From NCBI GenBank assembly GCA_963824995.1, contig CAWGRK010000009.1:62001-109933 (forward strand): a stretch of 47,933 bases of DNA. The letters are read 5' to 3'. The stretch's first letter is position 1; every line of letters starts with the position of its first letter. A program made the translations under genes and the position numbers. The stretch is from an uncultured Actinomycetes bacterium. GTDB taxonomy: Bacteria; Actinomycetota; Acidimicrobiia; Spongiisociales; DATADW01. Positions 41,131 through 47,933 of this stretch are shown here, one piece after another. The notes under the pieces were generated by a model, which was not told the DNA's origin, ran no database searches, and saw only the letters and a program-made list of their open reading frames with translations.

Positions 41131-41960
41131 CCCGATTTCGAACACGCATTGGCGGATCGCCAGGTCGGCTGCGTGGGCGATCGTCCTCCTGTCGGCCTGT
41201 GGCTCCGGCGCCTCCACCAGCGGACCGCCGGTCGAGGCGACTTCGGCGGAAGTGCTGCGCCTGTTCGACGGTGACAGCTTCCTCGCCATGGTTGACGGCG
41301 CTGAGGAGGAGGTGAGGCTCATCGGGATCAACGCCCCAGAGAGCGGTGAGTGCCTGGCTGACGATGCCCGCGATGCACTGGGGGACTTGGTAGGTGAGGC
41401 CGTGAACCTCGAGCGAGACATCGAAGACCGCGACCAGTACGACCGCCTCCTCCGATATGCCCACAACGGCGACGTGCTGGTCAACGCCGCGCTCGGCAGG
41501 CCAAGGTCTGGTACTGGCGGGCGAGTTCCCGCCAAATGTGGCGCATCAGGGCGAGATCGATGCCGCCGCTTCGGAGGCTCGGTCCGAGCAGAGGGGTATC
41601 TGGGGTGAGCGGCCATGTGGCGGGGAAGCGACCGGTGTGGCGATCGACGAGGTCATCGCCAACCCACCCGGACCCGACGAGGGGCAGGAGCGTGCGGTGA
41701 TAGCCAACCGCGGCACCACCCCGGAGGACATAGGCGGCTGGACGCTCCGGGACGGTTCTTCAGCACACCGGTTCGAGTTCCCCGCAGGAACGGTGCTCCC
41801 ACCGGGCACATCGATCGAGGTGATCACCGGGTGCGACCGGCCACCCCCCGGCGCGATCTGTTGGGACGCCGGCTCGGCTGTGTGGGACAACGGAGGCGAC
41901 ATCGCCTTCCTGCTGGACGATCGAGGCCGGCAAGTGCACACCCTCGACACCGGGGAGTAG
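41123..41960 (+). CDS. Thermonuclease (SNase) + lamin-tail-domain lipoprotein; frameshift near 41500; start uncertain
   Basis: Lipobox LSAC, DGDS, VRLIGINAPE, DQYDRLLRY; LTD-like NPPGPD, DIGGWTL.D, VWDNGGD; no in-frame ATG/GTG/TTG upstream of the lipobox. Confidence 0.75.
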
Positions 41961-41993
41961 CGTTGTCCGAACCGACGACTGGAGTGGACTCAC

Positions 41994-42557
41994 ATGGGTT
42001 TCATGGACACCGTGAAGAAATGGTTCGGAGAGGCACAGGAGAAGACATCCGAACTGGCCGATAAGGCTGGGGACGTCGCAGGTGATACCTGGGAGAAGAC
42101 AAAGGAAGTCGCAGACAAAGCGGGCGATGTCGCAGGTGATACCTGGGAGAAGACAAAGGAAGTCGCCGGAGACGCTTGGGACAAGACCAAGGAGACCGCA
42201 GACAAGGCCACAGATCAGGTCAAAGAGTGGACTGATTCTGCTGACGACAAGGCTGACGACGCTGCCGACAACGTCAAAGATGCGGCCAATGAGGTCGCCG
42301 ACAATGTAACGGCCTCGACCAATGACGCCGTGGACAACGTGCAAGACACTGCCGACACGGCCGCCGACAAAGCGCGGGACCTCGCCGACAACGCCCAAGA
42401 CGCGGCCGGAGACGCCGCCGACAAAGCGCGCGATGCCGCCGACAACGTGCAGAACGCTGCCGAGGACGCTGCCCGGGAGGTCGGGGACGCTGCGCAGAGC
42501 GGGGTGGACGACGTCGCCGACAAGGCGGACGAACTGCGCGACAACCTCAACACTTGA
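41994..42557 (+). CDS. Hydrophilic repeat protein (LEA/CsbD-like stress protein)
   Basis: A/D/K-rich, duplicated ADKAGDVAGDTWEKTKEV, roughly 11-residue periodicity. Confidence 0.75.
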   Translation: MGFMDTVKKWFGEAQEKTSELADKAGDVAGDTWEKTKEVADKAGDVAGDTWEKTKEVAGDAWDKTKETADKATDQVKEWTDSADDKADDAADNVKDAANEVADNVTASTNDAVDNVQDTADTAADKARDLADNAQDAAGDAADKARDAADNVQNAAEDAAREVGDAAQSGVDDVADKADELRDNLNT

Positions 42558-42626
42558 CTCCGTCGCCTAAAAAGCCGAAGTTTGAACTGAGATAGAGCCC
42601 CTGCGCGCCCTGGCGCGCCGGCTTTT

Positions 42627-43280
42627 CTACAGAGTGACCGGGATCACCCCCGGAGCGGGACGGAAACGACGAAGGTCGAGAGCGGAAAGGTGGGCGAGGG
42701 GGTGGGCGACCACCACCACCTCGGTACGCGCCACGACGGCGCGTTTGATCGCTTCGACGACCCTCTCCACCGTCCAGATGCGCGGGCCTGACACCGCCAC
42801 CGCCGGCGCCAGCATCACATCTGCCCTCTCGGGCGGGGCGCGGCGCACGGCGAGCGGCAGATAGCTCAGCCCCCTTTCCACCGCAACATGGTCGGTGACC
42901 AGCTCCGACTCGGAGTCGCCGAGTTGGACCGCCGCCTCGAGGACGGCCAGCGTCCAGGCGCCGATCGACAACACTCCGATCCGCTCGCGGGTCGCAACCG
43001 AGATTCCGATCCGTGTGCACCAGTCGGTGTCGTCGAGGGATCTCTGCAGATCGGCGAGACGAGAGCGCGCCGTGTGGTGGTCCGGATGGTCGGCGGCGTC
43101 GCCCACGCGGAGGACAATCGGCTGGTCGGCGTGGACCGAGCGCAGACGGGTGACTTCGGACGGCGCAGTGGCCTGCCATGCCGCGGTATCCACCGCCTCG
43201 AGGTCGTATATCGCATGCCTTGCCACGCTGAGCGGATCAACCCACAGCAGAACGGGCGGGACGCTTCCCCCTCCGCTCAT
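42627..43280 (-). CDS. Hypothetical protein
   Basis: 217-aa ORF filling the gap with globular composition. Confidence 0.65.
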   Translation of the reverse strand: MSGGGSVPPVLLWVDPLSVARHAIYDLEAVDTAAWQATAPSEVTRLRSVHADQPIVLRVGDAADHPDHHTARSRLADLQRSLDDTDWCTRIGISVATRERIGVLSIGAWTLAVLEAAVQLGDSESELVTDHVAVERGLSYLPLAVRRAPPERADVMLAPAVAVSGPRIWTVERVVEAIKRAVVARTEVVVVAHPLAHLSALDLRRFRPAPGVIPVTL

Positions 43281-43401
43281 CTGTCGGTCGCTGTTATCAC
43301 GTGATCAGGTGAACGGGCACCGGACCAGCCTATCGGTGGTTGGGCGACAGCCGCAGTACGTCGATAGTCTCAACAGCACCGCCGGGTGTCGAGGAGGGAC
43401 T

Positions 43402-44949
43402 GTGTTCGAGCCTTATCGCAATGAGCCGTATTCCGATTTCTCGCTCCCCGAAAACGCCGCGGCTTACCGCGAAGCCCTGGCTTCGGTGCGCGCCCGATTG
43501 GGGGAGCATCACCCATTGGTGATCGGCAGCGAGCGGGTTGACACCGCGAACCGCATCGAGAGCGTCAACCCATGTAGACCGACAGAGATCGTCGGCACCA
43601 CGGCTTCGGCCACGTCCGAGGATGCGCTCGCCGCTCTCGAGGCCGCCTGGAAGGCATACGACTCCTGGTCGCGGCTCTCTGCCGAAGCGCGGGGACGTGC
43701 CGTGGCCCGTCTCGCCGCGGTCCTGCGCCGCCGCAAGCTCGACCTGTCGGCTTGGGAGACGTTCGAGGCGGCGAAGAACTGGTCCGAGGCGGAGGCGGAC
43801 GTTGCGGAGGCGGTCGACTTCTGCGAGTACTACGCCCACCAGGCGATCGCCATGGCGGAGCCGCTCCCGGTCGTGCCCTACCCGGGTGAGGACAACCGCT
43901 CCCACCTCGTCCCCATCGGCGTCGGAGTGGTGATACCGCCGTGGAATTTCCCGCTCGCCATCATGGCGGGGATGACGGTTGGGCCGGTGGCAGCAGGGAA
44001 CGCCGTGGTGATCAAGCCGGCATCGGCCACACCGGTGATCGGTGCCATCTTCATGGAGGCCGTGGAGGAGGCGGGGATCCCCCCAGGGGTGATCAATTTC
44101 GTCCCCGGGCCGGGAGGAGAGATCGGTGACACCCTGGTGGATCACCCCACGACCAGGTTCGTCAACTTCACCGGGTCACGCGAGATCGGGGTGAGGATCG
44201 CCCAGCGGGCTGCCGCAGTGCATCCCGGGCAGCGGTGGCTGAAGCGTGCCTACATGGAAATGGGTGGCAAGGACGCCCAGATCGTCGACGAAACCGCCGA
44301 CCTCGCCGCGGCCAGCGCAGCCGCCGTTGCGGGTGCATTCGGCTTCCAGGGTCAGAAGTGCTCGGCCTGCTCCCGGCTGATCCTGGTCGATGCCGTCCAC
44401 GACGAAGTTCTCGACCGGGTGGTCGAACTGACTGCGAAGCTGGATGTGGGACCCGCCGAGGAGAACGTGGCGGTGAATGCGGTGATCACCGCCGCACAAC
44501 ATCGCTCGGTGCTCGACGAGATCGAGAAGGGAAAGGGCGAGGCCGACCTGGTCCAGGGAGGTGAGCCAGTAGAGCGGGACGGCGGCTACTACATCCAACC
44601 GACCATCTTCGCCGGGGTAGATCCGGACGCGAGGCTGGCCCAACACGAGATATTCGGACCCGTACTTTCCGTCATCCGTGCCGCCGACTTCGACCAGGCC
44701 CTCGAGATCGCCAACGGGACAGAATATGGGCTGACCGGCGGGGTCTTCTCGCGGGATCGCGACAGGCTGGAACGGGCACGGCGCGAATTCCGAGTGGGCA
44801 ATCTCTATCTGAACCGCAAGATCACGGGCGCCCTCGTAGGGGTCCAGCCGTTCGGCGGGTTCGACATGTCGGGGTCGAACGCCAAGGCGGGCGGGCCGGA
44901 TTACCTTCGGCTGTTCCTCGAGATGAAGTCGGTGGCGGAGCGGCTCTGA
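43402..44949 (+). CDS. rocA: L-glutamate gamma-semialdehyde (P5C) dehydrogenase
   Basis: NEP, EAVDFCEYYA, PPWNFPLAI, FTGS, EMGGK, GQKCSACSR, EIFGP, QPFGGF; GAGGAGG upstream. Confidence 0.92.
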   Translation: MFEPYRNEPYSDFSLPENAAAYREALASVRARLGEHHPLVIGSERVDTANRIESVNPCRPTEIVGTTASATSEDALAALEAAWKAYDSWSRLSAEARGRAVARLAAVLRRRKLDLSAWETFEAAKNWSEAEADVAEAVDFCEYYAHQAIAMAEPLPVVPYPGEDNRSHLVPIGVGVVIPPWNFPLAIMAGMTVGPVAAGNAVVIKPASATPVIGAIFMEAVEEAGIPPGVINFVPGPGGEIGDTLVDHPTTRFVNFTGSREIGVRIAQRAAAVHPGQRWLKRAYMEMGGKDAQIVDETADLAAASAAAVAGAFGFQGQKCSACSRLILVDAVHDEVLDRVVELTAKLDVGPAEENVAVNAVITAAQHRSVLDEIEKGKGEADLVQGGEPVERDGGYYIQPTIFAGVDPDARLAQHEIFGPVLSVIRAADFDQALEIANGTEYGLTGGVFSRDRDRLERARREFRVGNLYLNRKITGALVGVQPFGGFDMSGSNAKAGGPDYLRLFLEMKSVAERL

Positions 44950-44990
44950 TAAGGCTCTAACCTCTGCTCGCCCCCGGCATAGGACGAGCA

Positions 44991-46184
44991 GTGCGCCGAA
45001 TCTCGCAGCGAGTCGCCGCAATCGAGGAGTCGGCGACGCTGGCGATAAGCGCCAGGGCTGCGGCGCTCCGGGCGGAGGGGCGACCTGTGATCGGGTTCGG
45101 TGCAGGTGAGCCCGACTTTCCAACTCCGACGCACATCGTCGAAGCCGCTCAGCGGGCATGTGCCGAACCCCGCTTCCACAAGTACACCGCCACTGCCGGG
45201 CTCCCAGAGTTGCGCGCCACCATCGCCGAGCGGGCCACCGAGTCCGGACACGACGTGAAGCCGTCGCAGGTGGTGGTGACCAACGGGGGGAAGCAGGCGG
45301 TGTACCAGGCGCTGGCCACCCTGATCGACCCCGGTGACGAGGTACTGGTCGCTGCTCCGTACTGGGTGACCTACCCCGAGGCCGTTGCCCTCGCCGGCGG
45401 CGTGACCGTTCCAGTCGCCACCACCGCTGCATCCGGCTACCTCGCCAGCGTCGAGCAACTCGAGGCTGCGACCACGCCCCGCACCAAACTCCTCATCTTC
45501 GTCTCCCCCTCGAACCCGACCGGTGCCGTCTGTCCTCCCGACGGTGTGGCCGCATTGGGGGCCTGGGCTGCCGAACGAGGCCTGTGGGTCCTGACCGACG
45601 AGATCTACTCACGACTCGTCTACGGGGATGCCACCTTCACCTCGATCCCCGTTGCCGCACCGGAACAGCGAGAGCGGACCGTGGTCGTCTCGGGCGTGGC
45701 GAAGACATACGCAATGACTGGTTGGAGGGTTGGGTGGATCATCGCGCCTGACGATGTGGCCGCCGCCGCCGCCAACATGCAGTCCCATCTCACCTCGAAC
45801 GTGGCCAACGTCGCCCAGGCTGCTGCCCTCGCCGCGCTCACCGGGCCGCAGGATGAAGTCGAGGCAATGCGCCTTGCGTTCGACCGGCGCCGCCGCACCG
45901 CACACGCCATGCTCGCCAAGATCCCCGACATCGAGTGCCCCGAGCCGATGGGTGCCTTCTACCTGTTCCCCTCGGTATCCGAGATCATGAGCCGTGGGAT
46001 CGCTGGAAGATATCCGGCTACATCGCTCGAGTTGTGCGCCCTTCTCCTCGACCAGGCCGAGGTGGCCGTCGTGCCGGGTGAGGCCTTTGGCACTCCGGGG
46101 GCCTTCCGGCTCTCCTATGCCCTCGGTGACGCCGACCTCGAAGAGGGCCTCAACCGTCTCGTCTCCACCCTCTCCGAGGCCTGA
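44991..46184 (+). CDS. PLP-dependent class I/II aminotransferase (aspartate aminotransferase-like)
   Basis: [31 protein letters not shown]. Confidence 0.93.
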   Translation: MRRISQRVAAIEESATLAISARAAALRAEGRPVIGFGAGEPDFPTPTHIVEAAQRACAEPRFHKYTATAGLPELRATIAERATESGHDVKPSQVVVTNGGKQAVYQALATLIDPGDEVLVAAPYWVTYPEAVALAGGVTVPVATTAASGYLASVEQLEAATTPRTKLLIFVSPSNPTGAVCPPDGVAALGAWAAERGLWVLTDEIYSRLVYGDATFTSIPVAAPEQRERTVVVSGVAKTYAMTGWRVGWIIAPDDVAAAAANMQSHLTSNVANVAQAAALAALTGPQDEVEAMRLAFDRRRRTAHAMLAKIPDIECPEPMGAFYLFPSVSEIMSRGIAGRYPATSLELCALLLDQAEVAVVPGEAFGTPGAFRLSYALGDADLEEGLNRLVSTLSEA

Positions 46185-46211
46185 GATGCCGCAACTGCGA
46201 GGGGAAGGACC

Positions 46212-47288
46212 GTGACGGGAGGATCCAAGGCCAAGGCGATGCTCCTGGTCGAGCCCCGACACATGAATCCGACCAGCCTGCCCATTCCCGAGGTAGACCG
46301 GGGCGGCTGGCTCGCCATCGAGGCTACGGGGCTCAGCGGTCTGGATGTCCAGGCCTGGCTCGGAGCCACCGATCTCCGCTATCCGCTGATCCCCGGTCAC
46401 GAGGTGGTGGGACGCATCGCCAGCGCCGGGGTCGATGTGGACCTGCCCGTCGGCTCCAGAGTGGTGGTGGAGAGCTCGATTCGTTGCGGTGCCTGCCGCA
46501 GATGCACCAACGGTCTGGCCAGCTGCAACCTGCGGCGCCCGGTGAACGCATACGGCCGGTTGCCCTCGACCGAGCCGCCCGCCCTCTGGGGAGGTCTCGC
46601 CGAATATCTCTACCTCGACCCCGCAGCCCGGCTCCACGTGGTGAGCGACGACATCCCTGCTGTGGTAGCCACCTTCGCCCATCCCCTCGCCTCCGGCTTC
46701 ACCTGGGCGGTCGAGGCACCCGCGTTGCAGCCCGGGGAGAACGTCCTGGTGATGGGGCCGGGACCCCGCGGGCTCTCCGCACTGATCGCAGCCCGATCCG
46801 CGGGCGCCGGGTGGGTCGGCGTCACCGGTCTATCTCACGACGGCGACCGGCTCGACCTGGCGCGGTCGCTCGGCGCCGACATGACCGCCACCGTCGAGCA
46901 CGGCGATATAGCCAGCTCGGTCGCCAACAGCCTTGGCACCAGGCCCGACGTCGTTATCGACGTCACCTCGAGCGATCCCGAGGCGATCTATATGGGCCTC
47001 GACCTGGTGCGGGCAGGGGGACGGGTAGTACTCGCCTCGACCAAAGGGGCGAACACGGTCACCCAGCTCTTCTCGGACATCGTGGTGCTCAAGGAACTGA
47101 CTCTGAAGGGTGTCTTCGGTGCCACCTCGGCGGGATACCACTGGGCAACCCGGCAGCTCGAGGTAGATGCCCGTCTCGACCAGCTCGTGTCCCACGAGTT
47201 TCCTCTCGACGAGGCGGACAGGGCAATACAGGCTGCCGGCGGGCTGCTGGGCCGCGAAGAGCTGATCTCGGTGGCGGTCACCTTCTGA
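46212..47288 (+). CDS. MDR/zinc-binding alcohol dehydrogenase family protein
   Basis: PGHE, structural CGACRRC..C cluster, GPGPRG. Confidence 0.88.
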   Translation: MTGGSKAKAMLLVEPRHMNPTSLPIPEVDRGGWLAIEATGLSGLDVQAWLGATDLRYPLIPGHEVVGRIASAGVDVDLPVGSRVVVESSIRCGACRRCTNGLASCNLRRPVNAYGRLPSTEPPALWGGLAEYLYLDPAARLHVVSDDIPAVVATFAHPLASGFTWAVEAPALQPGENVLVMGPGPRGLSALIAARSAGAGWVGVTGLSHDGDRLDLARSLGADMTATVEHGDIASSVANSLGTRPDVVIDVTSSDPEAIYMGLDLVRAGGRVVLASTKGANTVTQLFSDIVVLKELTLKGVFGATSAGYHWATRQLEVDARLDQLVSHEFPLDEADRAIQAAGGLLGREELISVAVTF

Positions 47289-47329
47289 CCGCCCGGGGTG
47301 GCTCTGAACCTCGGCCCTAATCTGCACGC

Positions 47330-47933
47330 GTGAGCAGCGCCGACACCTGGGTCCCCGGCCGGCGCAGCGTCGCCGGGTGGGTCACCTATGACCTGGCCAA
47401 CACCGTGTTCGCCCTCGGCGTCCAGGGCCTCTACTTCGCCACCTGGGTCACGGTCGTACAGGGATACCCCGATGGCGCCCTCGCGCTGGCGACGGCGGCT
47501 GCAATGGTCGTGGTGGTCTTCGCGGGCCCGCTGATCGGGGCGCGCACCGACCATGCTCCCAGGAGGAAGCCGACGCTGGTCGTCACAACCGTGGCCGCGG
47601 TTGGCGCCACCGCCCTGCTCGGCGCCGGGCCGGTGGTGCTCTCTCTCGTGGTTTACGCCATCGCCCTAGTCGCCTTCAACCTGGGGTCTGTGGTGTACGA
47701 CGCCCTGCTCCCCGACGTGAGCACACCCGAGAACAGGGGATGGATCTCCGGGCTGGGGGTATCGGTCGGCTACGCCGGGTCTGCGCTTGCGGTCGGTGCC
47801 GGTGCGCTGTTCCTCGACCGCATCGGCTACCCCGGCCTCTTCCGAACCCTTGCGCTGATGTTCCTGATCTTCAGCCTTCCCTGTTTCCTGTGGCTCAGGG
47901 AGCGGCCACGACCAACACCTGCCGGACCCGTGC
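47330..47933 (+). CDS. MFS transporter (UMF1 family), 3' end outside window
   Basis: Manual translation: WVTYDLANTVF, YDALLPDVS, SGLGVSVGYAG; TAATCT 6 nt before GTG. Confidence 0.85.
   Translation, partial: MSSADTWVPGRRSVAGWVTYDLANTVFALGVQGLYFATWVTVVQGYPDGALALATAAAMVVVVFAGPLIGARTDHAPRRKPTLVVTTVAAVGATALLGAGPVVLSLVVYAIALVAFNLGSVVYDALLPDVSTPENRGWISGLGVSVGYAGSALAVGAGALFLDRIGYPGLFRTLALMFLIFSLPCFLWLRERPRPTPAGPV

Overview
A gene-dense, high-GC chromosomal segment, most likely from an Acidimicrobiia-like actinobacterium. That assignment is inferred from the F420-dependent enzymes, Cys-containing SLH proteins, an ECF sigma/CU044_5270-type pair and many apparently leaderless genes. About 46 CDSs cover acyl-CoA catabolism, sulfur transfer (sseA-like plus sufE), surface proteins, murI, a cyclase-STAND-TPR protein, vanW, dinB, transporters, rocA/pruA and an aminotransferase. 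No rRNA, tRNA, CRISPR array, integrase or transposase was seen. The standout is a minus-strand cluster, herA-sbcD(mre11)-sbcC(rad50)-nurA, equivalent to the archaeal double-strand-break resection set. It is tightly coupled to a divergent YchF-family NTPase and has a structured spacer between herA and sbcD. Other notable items are a 41-aa lipopeptide absent from the ORF track, a 61-aa basic C3H zinc-finger-like protein, a DUF4397-CHRD-SLH fusion, an SLH protein ending in 35 serines, an MDR enzyme with a remodelled catalytic zinc site, and intergenic heptamer repeats. Eight single-base frameshifts in six genes look like long-read consensus errors. All family calls come from motif recognition by eye, not from database searches.
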